Under the pieces are notes generated by a model. The model saw nothing but the letters and a program-made list of their open reading frames with translations, made no database searches and was not told where the DNA came from. From positions 1-47,573 of the forward strand of contig CAYMKC010000002.1 in assembly GCA_964391105.1 (NCBI GenBank): a DNA stretch of 47,573 bases. The letters are read 5' to 3'. Position 1 is the stretch's first letter. The number at the start of each line of letters is the position of its first letter. Of this stretch, positions 17,929-26,850 are shown one piece after another. The position numbers and the translations under genes are program-made. The stretch comes from an uncultured Thermoplasmatales archaeon. GTDB taxonomy: Archaea > Thermoplasmatota > Thermoplasmata > Thermoplasmatales > GCA-001856825.

Positions 17929-18825
17929 ATGGATGTACGGATACTCATAGACGAAATTGTAAGGAACATGGGGTACAGAACTTACCCCGGGTATCCCGAA
18001 GAATACATCTGGGTTGATCACGGGGATGGATCTGGAGAGGTGATAATGCTCCTCGAGAATCAGGACATGGAAAAAGTGAGGGAGTTCAACTCTTCCACGA
18101 TCTCGTTTCCGGGTGAAAGATTCCTGTTCGTGCTGTCAGATGGAAGTAACAAGGAGATACTCTCCTATTGCAAGGGGCACAAGATCACACCGGTTTCCAG
18201 GGAAGAGGCTTCGAAGATGCTGGGGAAGGCACTAATAGATATGCACCTCTCCAAGAAAACGCCAAAGAAGCCGATCACACGGACGAATGAAGAGAACAAA
18301 GACTTCATAATGGTCTACCTCGAAGAGGGGAACAATCCGAAATACATTAGACCGGTGGTCAGCGGAGAGACTGTTACCAATTCCATAGGGCTGCGTTCCG
18401 ATCTCCTATTTGTGCCTTATCACTTCTTCTCTTACTCGATGAAAGTGATGGAGGGGGACAACCTCGCGACAAAGGAGGGTACCGCCATGGTCAATGCGGT
18501 GAATGGTAAAGTGTGCAGGGCAATAAACGGCTACGAGATCCTTGATTCGTGGCCCGTCACCCACCGGGAGTTGGAGTTCAAATGGGAACCACTCGCATCA
18601 ATCGAACGTGCAAAGAGATGGATAGGTGAGAGCGTGGAGACTGAGGTAGTTGAGAGGAGTGAGACGGATGCATTCATAATCTATTCCAGAAGCAAAGTAA
18701 GGCCGCTGGAAGACACGGTCAAGGTAACATTCATCAACACTTGTCTCTATCCCATCTACTCTTCATCAACACTTGTCATGGACGGATTCACGGGAGAGAT
18801 CAAGTCTATAACGGATTTTCTGTGA
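17929..18825 (+). CDS. hypothetical protein (298 aa)
   Basis: Clean ORF with a TATA-like 'caatttatacc' ~20 nt upstream. No family recognised. It contains two hairpin-turn motifs: 'LLFVPYHFFSY..AMVNAVNGKV' and 'CLYPIYSSSTLVMDGFTGEI'. Confidence 0.45.
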   Translation: MDVRILIDEIVRNMGYRTYPGYPEEYIWVDHGDGSGEVIMLLENQDMEKVREFNSSTISFPGERFLFVLSDGSNKEILSYCKGHKITPVSREEASKMLGKALIDMHLSKKTPKKPITRTNEENKDFIMVYLEEGNNPKYIRPVVSGETVTNSIGLRSDLLFVPYHFFSYSMKVMEGDNLATKEGTAMVNAVNGKVCRAINGYEILDSWPVTHRELEFKWEPLASIERAKRWIGESVETEVVERSETDAFIIYSRSKVRPLEDTVKVTFINTCLYPIYSSSTLVMDGFTGEIKSITDFL

Positions 18826-18869
18826 ATTGAAAACCTTGGCAGACTAGACTTGGAACAATTCTTGGACGA

Positions 18870-19493
18870 GTGCCGGAACGAAAAGTGCGCAGTTCCCGCC
18901 TTTCTCAGACGGAAGATGTTAATAATCAGCGAATTATATTGATGCCGATATTAATGCAAGAGGCGACCGGTTCTGACTTGAAATTTATAATCGAATACGT
19001 GAAACAGCGGAGAGGAATGAGCGGCGTAAGGCAGATGCTCAGCGAACTCAACAAACCTTCAATTCTGTTTACGGGTCTAACCGAAATAGGCAGATCTCAA
19101 CTCTTCGCTGAGGAAGTATACAAGAAGGTAATTGAAGCTGCTGCAAAGGTGCTCGGGGGAGATATCAAGACCAGGCTCAACCAGCTGGGCTATGCGCTGG
19201 GTGACAGGGCAAAGATGACAAAGTTCATAGCCAAGTTTTCAACGCCCAAGCAACTGATCAGGCTGATCGAGGACGGCATCATTACGGATGTGCCGTTCGT
19301 AAAGTCGTCTGTTAACGAAGTCTCAAAGCACATCACAGTCCTCAGAATCATATCTAGGAAGGGAGGCGACATGTTCTTAAATGTCTCTGAGGGATACATT
19401 TCTGCGGTGCTCGACCAGTCGGGGAAGGCACTCAAAATCTCAGAGAAAAAGGTGGCAAACGGAGAACTCTCCTACAAGTTTGTTCTGGGTTAG
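18870..19493 (+). CDS. hypothetical protein (start uncertain: GTG 18870, ATG 18942 or ATG 18954)
   Basis: ORF of 207/183/179 aa depending on the start. 'gaattatatt' at 18931-18940 could be a TATA box for a transcript starting near ATG 18954. No family recognised with confidence. Confidence 0.45.
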   Translation: MPERKVRSSRLSQTEDVNNQRIILMPILMQEATGSDLKFIIEYVKQRRGMSGVRQMLSELNKPSILFTGLTEIGRSQLFAEEVYKKVIEAAAKVLGGDIKTRLNQLGYALGDRAKMTKFIAKFSTPKQLIRLIEDGIITDVPFVKSSVNEVSKHITVLRIISRKGGDMFLNVSEGYISAVLDQSGKALKISEKKVANGELSYKFVLG

Positions 19494-19502
19494 TGTAGAA
19501 TC

Positions 19503-20222
19503 ATGAGTCTAGTTGTTCTCGAGAAGAAGGAAAGAATAGCCAACGTGATCCTGAATAGACCGGAAAAGAAAAACGCACTGTCTCCCGAAGTGCTCAGAGA
19601 GTTCAAGAAAGTTTTAGAATCCCTAAGCGAAGTTTCTGTGGTGATTGTCAGAGGAAGCAATGGCTTCTTCTCCGCAGGCGGAGACCTTTCAGTAATGCTC
19701 GGGTCGTCCGGAGATGAGGGGAGAGTGTTTTCGAAGGAAGGTAACGACTTCATGGACTTTCTCCAGGACTTTGGTGCAGTAACAATCGCTGCGATGGAAG
19801 GTGGGGCGTATGGTGGTGGCCTGGAGTTAGCGCTCAGTTGCGATCTTAGGGTTGCATCTCCGCAGACCAAGATGGGATTAACCGAGGTGAACCTGGGACT
19901 GATTCCGGGCTGGGGTGGCCTTAAGAGGATGGCAAGAATTGCGGGGGTTGGCGCTGCAAAATACGTTGCACTGACTGGGAAGGTAATGGATGGAAATGAA
20001 GCGTTCAGACTTGGACTCGTAACCTACCTTTCGGATACCCCTCTCGAGTTTTCGGAAGAGATGGCAGGGTCTCTTTCCCAGAAATCCACCGAAAGCATCT
20101 GGAGGATCAAGAAATTGCTCGGAAGCCAGAATTATTCGTCAGATCTAGAGGCAGAGCTCTTCGGAGAAGTGTTGAAGACTCCAGCCGCAAGGGCAACGCT
20201 TGAAAAGTTTTTCAAGAAGTAG
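19503..20222 (+). CDS. enoyl-CoA hydratase/isomerase (crotonase) family protein
   Basis: 'ILNRPEKKNALS' and the oxyanion-hole region 'GGAYGGGLELALSCDLRVA' are typical of crotonases. Confidence 0.8.
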   Translation: MSLVVLEKKERIANVILNRPEKKNALSPEVLREFKKVLESLSEVSVVIVRGSNGFFSAGGDLSVMLGSSGDEGRVFSKEGNDFMDFLQDFGAVTIAAMEGGAYGGGLELALSCDLRVASPQTKMGLTEVNLGLIPGWGGLKRMARIAGVGAAKYVALTGKVMDGNEAFRLGLVTYLSDTPLEFSEEMAGSLSQKSTESIWRIKKLLGSQNYSSDLEAELFGEVLKTPAARATLEKFFKK

Positions 20223-20224
20223 CT

Positions 20225-22936
20225 TCATTCCAACCTGATGGCTGGACGACCGGGGAGAGCCTTTTTCGCGTAGACCGGGTCCTCACTGACTATTATCTCA
20301 ACTCCGAGGTATCTCGTGAGGTCGTCCTGAAACTTCTTGAGGACTTCACTTTCATTTCTCACGTTCTGGGCGAGATCATTTTTCTTGAGCAGCGTGAGAA
20401 GGAACTCTCTTTGCTCTGGTTTTGCCTCCTTGATCATGGCCTTGAGGTCCCGTGATTTTGATTCGTCGAGGAGTTTCCACTTCCAGTCTTCTGCAGTGGC
20501 AATGACCATCCTCTTCGACTTTATTTTCGATACCTTTGTGATGCTCCTGAAGTCCTCAATGATCGAATCTATGAAACTCCACTCTGCTTCTTGTCTCTTG
20601 TAATCATTCTTGAGGGAAGGATAGAGCTGCAGTGAAGCGAATCCCTCTCCCCCATAGAACGAGTAGACCTCCTCTGAGATGAAGGGTATCACCGGCGATA
20701 GGCTGAGAACCCATTCCCTGGCGAATACTCTGATCGCTTTGAGAGCTCTCTCCTTGCCAGAAAAGTTCTCCAGGTCCTTCACGTCATTCAACGCGTTGAA
20801 GAACAAGTCAACGGTTGCTTCCCGTATTTTCATTGATTCGTAGCTGTCGTAGCTCTTTGAGATTCTGTCCATCATCTTCGAGACTATCCACATGTCCCTT
20901 TCTTCTGGTTGACCCTCCACGTCTCGCGCTTCCATAAGCAGCGAATAGAACCGCTCGAGTTTCTTCGAGTAATTCTCAACCTCTCCAGTCCTCCAGTCCT
21001 CATCGTACCAGACGTCTGCATTTGACGCAAGGTACATCCTGAACAGGTCGGCACCATACTTTCTCTTTATTGTTAGCAGTGGGTAGACGTTCCCCTTGCT
21101 CTTGCTCATCTTTTGCCCCTCAGAGTTAACCATTCCGCCAGTAGATACTCCTATTGGCCACTCTTCCGGGGGGAAGATTGCCACGTGGTTGAAGAGATAG
21201 AACGTCAGATGGTTGGAGATGTGTGGGTAACTAGTGTGTCTAAGGTCGACCGGATACCAGTAGAGGAATTCCTTCCTCGCCTCTTCTGCCATCTTCCTTG
21301 TAGTTTCACTCTTCTTTGAAATATCCCCCTCTCCGAAGAAGATGTGGTTGAACAGTTCGTAGTCTATTTCACCAAACTTCATCTTCCTGAGGAAAGGGAA
21401 TATCGTGTAACACACCGTGTAGATGGTGGAATCACTGAGGCTCTCAATTATCCACTCGCTGTCCATCGGAAGTCTAGTCCCAAGCCCCCGTCTCCTCGCG
21501 CATGGTCTCTCTCTTATCCAGTCCACGGTCTGAAGAAATTGGCTCTTCAGATTCTCAGGTCTCAGGTCCATCTTTTCTATTAGCTCCCTCACTTTTTCTT
21601 TCCACTGCGCTATCGAGTAATCGATGAACCACTGATTCTTGATAACTGCGACTATTACCCTGTTGCCCTCTCTGGTCTCTGCCCTCCTTGATGTCTCATA
21701 GACGGGCAGAGCAATGCCATCTCTGATAAGATATTCAGAAATCTTGTCTTTGACTTCCTTGACTATGTTTCCCTTGAACTTTCCCGTCACTATCTTGCCG
21801 TGATAGTACTCCTGCTCATAGACGAATTTGGTCGCTTCTACTAGTTTATCTTTGTCTGCGAGACTTGAAATTCCGAATTTCTTCCTGACATCTTCCATTC
21901 CTAGTTGCTGTCCTTCCGTTTCTATAACCTGTATGTACGGTGGCTCCTCCGATATTTCCATCAAACCAACGTGGTCCCATACTGAGTGGGCTGGAACAGA
22001 GTAATCAACACCTGTCCCAATCTCTTGGTCCACAAATCTCCCGGGGTAGATGGGTACCTCTCTCGAGTAGAGAGGTTCCTTGGCCATCTTGTGGAAGTAG
22101 TCTTCAACGTTCACGTCCGAAACGAATTCCACCTCTCTCTGAAATTTCAACTTCTCCGATGCCCTCTTGCTCACCACGAACGTCCTTCCATCCATCCTGA
22201 TCCTGCAGTACCTCACTTCGGGGTTCAGGAACAGGTTGGTCACTCCATCCAGCGTCTCAGGTCTGACCGTAGATGCGAGTAGAATATCGTCACCAACGTA
22301 GAAAAAGACACCTATGAACTGCGTTATCGAGACCTTGTCGGTGTCCCCCTCTAGTATGTCGTCCTCCCCGACTGGATTCCCTTCTTCTGCGGAATAAAGG
22401 ATCGGATAGTCGCCCTTCTTTATCAGGTTCTTGCGCTGAAGTATTCCGAACTGCCATTCCACAAACTTGTTGTATATGGGTTCTCCAGAGGTGAACTTAC
22501 GAGTCCAGTCTATCGAGAACCCCATGTTCGTGAAATCGTTTATGATCTTTTCTGAGAAGTAATCCGCAATGTTTGACGGAACTGAGAACTCAGACACCTT
22601 AGAAGGGTCATCCCCATACAGTTCGAGATAGCTCTTGTAGAGTTCAATTGTGGACCTATCCCCCTTCTCTATCTTCTTGCTGAATGCAAGAATAGGTGTA
22701 CCAGAAATGTGGAACCCCATAGGATACAAGACGTTGTAGCCCCTCATTCTCTTGTACCTAGCCACGATGTCTCCCACGGTGTAGGTTCTCCCGTGGCCTA
22801 TGTGCAGTGCGCCATTGCAGTAGGGCCATGGCACTGTCAGCAAGAATTTTTTGCCCACGGGTTTGGGTTCAAACGCCTTCTCGTCCTGCCATTTCTTGAG
22901 CCACTTGTCTTCTATCGAATTGAAATCGTATGGCAC
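20225..22936 (-). CDS. leuS: leucine--tRNA ligase (archaeal type)
   Basis: 903 aa. The HIGH motif lies in 'NGALHIGHGRTY' and KMSKS in 'GQKMSKSKGN'. It is convergent with the crotonase gene with a 2-nt gap. Confidence 0.95.
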   Translation of the reverse strand: MPYDFNSIEDKWLKKWQDEKAFEPKPVGKKFLLTVPWPYCNGALHIGHGRTYTVGDIVARYKRMRGYNVLYPMGFHISGTPILAFSKKIEKGDRSTIELYKSYLELYGDDPSKVSEFSVPSNIADYFSEKIINDFTNMGFSIDWTRKFTSGEPIYNKFVEWQFGILQRKNLIKKGDYPILYSAEEGNPVGEDDILEGDTDKVSITQFIGVFFYVGDDILLASTVRPETLDGVTNLFLNPEVRYCRIRMDGRTFVVSKRASEKLKFQREVEFVSDVNVEDYFHKMAKEPLYSREVPIYPGRFVDQEIGTGVDYSVPAHSVWDHVGLMEISEEPPYIQVIETEGQQLGMEDVRKKFGISSLADKDKLVEATKFVYEQEYYHGKIVTGKFKGNIVKEVKDKISEYLIRDGIALPVYETSRRAETREGNRVIVAVIKNQWFIDYSIAQWKEKVRELIEKMDLRPENLKSQFLQTVDWIRERPCARRRGLGTRLPMDSEWIIESLSDSTIYTVCYTIFPFLRKMKFGEIDYELFNHIFFGEGDISKKSETTRKMAEEARKEFLYWYPVDLRHTSYPHISNHLTFYLFNHVAIFPPEEWPIGVSTGGMVNSEGQKMSKSKGNVYPLLTIKRKYGADLFRMYLASNADVWYDEDWRTGEVENYSKKLERFYSLLMEARDVEGQPEERDMWIVSKMMDRISKSYDSYESMKIREATVDLFFNALNDVKDLENFSGKERALKAIRVFAREWVLSLSPVIPFISEEVYSFYGGEGFASLQLYPSLKNDYKRQEAEWSFIDSIIEDFRSITKVSKIKSKRMVIATAEDWKWKLLDESKSRDLKAMIKEAKPEQREFLLTLLKKNDLAQNVRNESEVLKKFQDDLTRYLGVEIIVSEDPVYAKKALPGRPAIRLE

Positions 22937-22945
22937 TGAATCACC

Positions 22946-23506
22946 TCATCCGATAATCATAACTGCTGCCGCCACCACAGTGGTCCATTCTTCGACGTTC
23001 TTGACGGTGGAAGAGGCAGTCACATTGCTTGTTAATAGAATGGCGTCATTCAGCCTGTACTTGCCATTTTCATCAAGTTGGTAAGAGTCCAGCCCCATCG
23101 TGCTAGCGAGCATTTCAGCTGCTAGCTCTTCTGCGAACTTTCCTGCTACTTCTGGCGTTTCACCAAAGCTGTGGTGCTCACTCAGGTAGCCATACATAGT
23201 TCTGTTCCTAGGAATGGCAAATCCAACCGAGGCCGTTATCAGTCTGTTCAGTTCGTTGGAACTGTTTCTAGCCAGAACCAGGTGCAGTATCTGTCCTGCC
23301 TTGAGCTCCTTCAAACCCTCCTCTCTATCGACAATCTCTGCATAGGGAGGGAATATCGAGCTAACTTCAACCAGATTGTACTTTGCGATATCAGCGTCTC
23401 TGAGTGCATTCTCGAAAGATCCTAACTGGCTCCTATGTAATCCCACTCCCTTGACGAAGAATATTTTTCGAGGCATCAATGGCGGCATTTCAGTGGTTAA
23501 TAGCAT
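22946..23506 (-). CDS. pdaD: pyruvoyl-dependent arginine decarboxylase
   Basis: 'IFFVKGVG' and the self-cleavage region '[10 protein letters not shown]' (compare 'RISSIMPP' in the methanogen enzyme). The real start is probably an internal Met ('MPRKIFF', ~23476). Confidence 0.85.
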   Translation of the reverse strand: MLLTTEMPPLMPRKIFFVKGVGLHRSQLGSFENALRDADIAKYNLVEVSSIFPPYAEIVDREEGLKELKAGQILHLVLARNSSNELNRLITASVGFAIPRNRTMYGYLSEHHSFGETPEVAGKFAEELAAEMLASTMGLDSYQLDENGKYRLNDAILLTSNVTASSTVKNVEEWTTVVAAAVMIIG

Positions 23507-23612
23507 CGTGGTTTAATCCTTTTCGAAATTACGGGAATTCGCAGAGACGGTAATGGCCTTGCAGATTGAACATGAAGCTGGAATTCTAGTCAAATCCAAA
23601 AGCTTAATATCA

Positions 23613-23627
23613 TTAGTATAATACTAA
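23613..23627. promoter_or_regulatory. perfect 15-bp palindrome TTAGTAT-A-ATACTAA, candidate operator of the downstream DtxR-type regulator
   Basis: Read directly from the sequence. It sits between a TATA-like 'cttaatat' (23603-23610) and the GTG start at 23631. The TTAG....CTAA ends recall DtxR/IdeR-type boxes. Confidence 0.4.
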
Positions 23628-23630
23628 CAT

Positions 23631-24050
23631 GTGGAAAATAGAGCTAATGTCGTAAGTAGGCGTGAAAGAGACTGTCTCGTGACTCTTGAAGAAGATTCAA
23701 CGGGCAATTTTCCTATGCGGTTACACCAGATCGCTGATCAGCTCAGAGTAAAACCTCCCACAGCGCTGAATGTAGTAAGAAGGCTGGAACAGAAGGGTCT
23801 GGCAAAGTCGAAGGACGGAATGGTCATCCTGACCGAAACTGGTAACAAGATTGCAAAGGGGATTCTGCTGGTTCATAGGACATACGAATCTTTGCTATGC
23901 CAGAGCGGGGTGTCAGAAAACTCTGCCTGTCTTGAGGCGGCGGAGGTCGACTTCATCATTCCAGAGGGAAATGCTAAGTTGATTTTGAAGAAGATAGGCA
24001 ATCCGAAGTTTTGCCCTCACGGGAAGCCGATAGCCACAAAGGACCTATGA
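23631..24050 (+). CDS. DtxR/MntR-family metal-dependent transcriptional regulator
   Basis: wHTH 'HQIADQLRVKPPTALNVVRRLEQKGLAKS', followed by 'HRTYESLL' and the C-terminal 'FCPHGKPI' typical of the family. The start is GTG, and the only in-frame start upstream of the HTH. Confidence 0.75.
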   Translation: MENRANVVSRRERDCLVTLEEDSTGNFPMRLHQIADQLRVKPPTALNVVRRLEQKGLAKSKDGMVILTETGNKIAKGILLVHRTYESLLCQSGVSENSACLEAAEVDFIIPEGNAKLILKKIGNPKFCPHGKPIATKDL

Positions 24051-24976
24051 TGTTTGACCTCAACACCATTCTAAACCCACCCAAAGGGCTGTCAGTTTAC
24101 CTAATTCTCCTGATATCAGTAATATTGGGGATTATGCACGGAGCTACTCCGGATGAACACACCTGGCCAATCACATTCAGCTATTCCATTGGAAGCTACA
24201 GCACACGTGGAGGAATGAGATCTGGATTCATATTCTCTGCTGGATTTACGATACAGAGGGCGATACTCACCGCGCTAGGATTCTTGGGACTGGCCTACGT
24301 CTATGAGAAGTACAATCTAGACGGCTACATCTATGTAGTTGTCGGATTCGTAATGTTCATCGTTGGGTACTACCTTTTGAAGGGGACGGACCTCCACATT
24401 CCGCTGGACAGGCTATTCGGAGGGGAAGTACATCACTCAGCAAAGGCGGAACGCGTTCCGTTGCTAGAGGTCGAAGAGTCTGTGAAGCCAGTTCCTGCCA
24501 ATATGGCACTGGTGCACGGTTTCATAGCGGGTTGGGGATTCGGTGGATTCTCAACCATAATCACATTCATACTTGCCCCGCAGATGCCAAACCTGATATA
24601 CGCTGCGCTTGTCGGAGCCTTCTTCGGTCTCGGTACGATGCTTATGCAGATAATTATTGGTGCGCTCTTCGCAAACATCATGAGGGTCAAGAAACTCACG
24701 TCTAACCAGATCAAATACCTGGGGGGATCGACAGCCGCAAGAACTCTCTACCTCGGGGGAATCGCATTTGCCATCATAGGCGTAGTCATAGTAGGTTTCC
24801 CCTTCCTGAACAGATTGGCTTTGAACACCGGTAGTCCAATCCCAAACCTGAGCTCTATAGGCATCGCCACCGTGCTCGTGATCTTGGTCGTGGGAGTGAT
24901 CGGTCTGGGAAGCCTGTACAAGGGTTACAAGGAGATGACGAGCCAGCAGGCCCAAAGATTGTCCGATGGAAAGTGA
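24047..24976 (+). CDS. putative transition-metal membrane transporter (NicO/RcnA-like features)
   Basis: Polytopic membrane ORF. 'GIMHGATPDEHTWP' in TM1 recalls the HxxxPGH(G)K/HAxDADH metal motifs of Ni/Co transporters, and there is a His-rich loop ('GGEVHHSAKAE'). An ATGA overlap with the DtxR-type gene argues for co-expression. The track's 24011 start is over-extended. Confidence 0.4.
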   Translation: MMFDLNTILNPPKGLSVYLILLISVILGIMHGATPDEHTWPITFSYSIGSYSTRGGMRSGFIFSAGFTIQRAILTALGFLGLAYVYEKYNLDGYIYVVVGFVMFIVGYYLLKGTDLHIPLDRLFGGEVHHSAKAERVPLLEVEESVKPVPANMALVHGFIAGWGFGGFSTIITFILAPQMPNLIYAALVGAFFGLGTMLMQIIIGALFANIMRVKKLTSNQIKYLGGSTAARTLYLGGIAFAIIGVVIVGFPFLNRLALNTGSPIPNLSSIGIATVLVILVVGVIGLGSLYKGYKEMTSQQAQRLSDGK

Positions 24977-24982
24977 TTTTTT
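24977..24982 (+). terminator. oligo-T tract immediately after the transporter stop codon
   Basis: The T6 run starts 1 nt after the TGA at 24974-24976. Archaeal RNA polymerase terminates at oligo-T stretches. Confidence 0.3.
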
Positions 24983-25174
24983 ATTAATTAGTAGGTTGTT
25001 TGCAGATACCCGTATGAACTCAAAAATTTTCCAAACCTTTTTTGTTGATCGAATCGATTCTATCTTCAACGAATATAAAAAGAGAAATCGTTGCGTGCGC
25101 TTACGATTGATCCGAGTTTGTTTTTGAATTTCGATACCGACAAGTATTTTATACGAGGTTAGATTCGAACCTAA

Positions 25175-25645
25175 ATGCAGGCAACTCCTAGCATCTCGAA
25201 GGTACTTGTTGTGGGTCCAAAAGGTTCTGGAAAGACGAGTCTGCTCTGCAAAATGATTTTCGATTCAATGGAAGAGTGTGACCAGCCACCAGGGCAGTTC
25301 CTTAAGTTCAGTTTCTCGAGGGGAAATGGAGACAATGTGTCTTTTCTGTTCAAGGAAGTCAACAACCTCCCGACCTCTGAGAAAAAGTCGGCTTACATAC
25401 TTACGCTGAACTCCAACAACAAGAGCGACCTGGACAATCTTCCAAACATCCTTTCCATGATTTCCGATAAGAAGATCATCATAGCACTCTGCATGGCGGA
25501 TCTTCACTATTCTGCTGCATTCTGGATCGATGACGTGAAGAAGCTCACTGGCAAGAAGGACATCAAGATCGTCCCGGTATCCTCTAAGACCGGTGAGAAC
25601 ATCAAGCAGTTCATGATGGACCTTTCAGACATGGTGCTCTCTTAG
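25175..25645 (+). CDS. small Ras-like GTPase-fold protein with degenerate G3/G4 motifs
   Basis: G1 'VVGPKGSGKTSLL' and a G5-like 'PVSSKTGENIKQF'. The G4 position reads 'CMAD' instead of NKxD, and no clear DxxG is present. TATA-like 'tattttatac' lies at 25145-25154. Confidence 0.55.
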   Translation: MQATPSISKVLVVGPKGSGKTSLLCKMIFDSMEECDQPPGQFLKFSFSRGNGDNVSFLFKEVNNLPTSEKKSAYILTLNSNNKSDLDNLPNILSMISDKKIIIALCMADLHYSAAFWIDDVKKLTGKKDIKIVPVSSKTGENIKQFMMDLSDMVLS

Positions 25646-25646
25646 G

Positions 25647-26378
25647 ATGATCCAGGGTAGGCTGCTGCGGGGAAGGGTTTTCATAGATAACGAAGCAGAT
25701 GCATCAACACTTAGAAACAAGGGGTCGGTTGGCAGAAACGTTGGGCAGAAGCTGTCGCTGGATTTGATGACCTCTCTAGACCTGGTCATTCGGAAGAAGA
25801 TGGAGATTACAAAAGGCAAGAAAACACTCCCCGCGGAGAAGGTAAAGGAAATGCTGGATGTGGAGGAGTTGAAGATTGCAACGGCCTACCACTACCTCAA
25901 GTTCAAGGGGCTTAGGCCGGAGATAAAGAAGAAGAAGCTCTATTTTTCGAGGGGGAGAGTGACAGTTTTCCAGGACTGCGAATTAATCAATTTCACCAAA
26001 CTCCCGAAGGGCCCAAACCATATCGCAATAGTGGACTCCGAAGGTAACTGCCTAGTATATTCATTGAGCCGACTCCTGATCAGGGAAGATAATTTGGTGA
26101 GGGGAAACGAGGGGGGTTACCGCATGCTATCGGAGACGCTGAGCAGCGGGGGAATGAAAGTGGAGAGTGGACTGAAATTCGGTTCGGAATTCAGGGTGTA
26201 TGAGAGTGGCTCTTCCCACGCAAAGTATCTGATGACAATAGGAGACAGTTGCCTGGCGAGGGATCTGGTGGGCAGGGTGAGGATAGCACAGTCGGTCAGG
26301 AAGACATACGTTCAGGCTATATTCGACAGAGAGAGGAAGGGCCTAAGCTATATCGAATTCAGGTGGATTCGGAAATAG
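25647..26378 (+). CDS. endA: tRNA-splicing endonuclease
   Basis: The N-terminal domain 'GRLLRGRVFID..LRNKGSVGRN..LSLDLMTSLDLV' and the catalytic C-domain 'GLKFGSEFRVYE..SHAKYLM..VRIAQSVRKT' contain the Tyr/His/Lys triad. The start is 1 nt after the stop of the preceding gene. Confidence 0.8.
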   Translation: MIQGRLLRGRVFIDNEADASTLRNKGSVGRNVGQKLSLDLMTSLDLVIRKKMEITKGKKTLPAEKVKEMLDVEELKIATAYHYLKFKGLRPEIKKKKLYFSRGRVTVFQDCELINFTKLPKGPNHIAIVDSEGNCLVYSLSRLLIREDNLVRGNEGGYRMLSETLSSGGMKVESGLKFGSEFRVYESGSSHAKYLMTIGDSCLARDLVGRVRIAQSVRKTYVQAIFDRERKGLSYIEFRWIRK

Positions 26379-26850
26379 ATTTCCTCTTCTTTGGATATCT
26401 CTTCATCTCATTCCCGCAATGCGGACATTCTTTTAGAAGCCTGTCAAATGTCCTTCTGCACCCTATGCATCTGTACCCCCACTCGATCTCGGTACTGATA
26501 GATTTTCCCACGAACGATTGATATCGTATTCCCATCTTCTTGCAGACGTTCTGAATTGCAAGATCATTAGTCAGCAGGGTAGATTCTGTATCCTTTGAAA
26601 GTGCGATCAACCCTATGTCAGTGTCACTAAGCTGGTCTGCGTCCCCAGTCTGCCTTGCAACACTCTTAACTTCCCGAACTGTTGTATCGGGGGGCTCAAA
26701 TGTTTTCAGGAGTTCGATCCTTATCTCGATGCTCTTCTTCATCCTTTTTCCCCTCACCTCTTCCAGCACCGAGGTCGTCGTTATGTACTCATTTCTACCA
26801 TCTATCTGGAAACCGTAAAAGAGAGAGGAAGCGTCAACTACTATTCTCAC
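26359..26850 (-). CDS. nob1: Nob1-like PIN-domain endonuclease with C-terminal zinc ribbon
   Basis: PIN start 'MRIVVDASSL', '..DTDIGLIALS..LLTNDLAIQNV', then 'CIGCRRTF..CPHCGNEM'. The size (163 aa) matches archaeal Nob1. Its 3' end overlaps the endA 3' end by 20 nt (convergent). Confidence 0.7.
   Translation of the reverse strand: MRIVVDASSLFYGFQIDGRNEYITTTSVLEEVRGKRMKKSIEIRIELLKTFEPPDTTVREVKSVARQTGDADQLSDTDIGLIALSKDTESTLLTNDLAIQNVCKKMGIRYQSFVGKSISTEIEWGYRCIGCRRTFDRLLKECPHCGNEMKRYPKKRKSISEST

Noticed and set aside
25014-25127. 37-codon basic ORF 'MNSKIFQTFFVDRIDSIFNEYKKRNRCVRLRLIRVCF' in the 198-nt intergenic region
   Set aside because: It has no recognisable motif, no TATA-like box at the right distance and no coupling to neighbours. 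It is most likely a chance ORF in AT-rich spacer.
25156-25172. Hairpin AGGTT-AGATTCG-AACCT containing 'GATTCGAACC', superficially like a tRNA T-arm (possible tRNA fragment or att site)
   Set aside because: On either strand the 7-nt loop does not start with TTC as a T-loop should. The flanks cannot be folded into acceptor, D or anticodon arms. It lies between a TATA-like box and the start codon of the GTPase-like gene.
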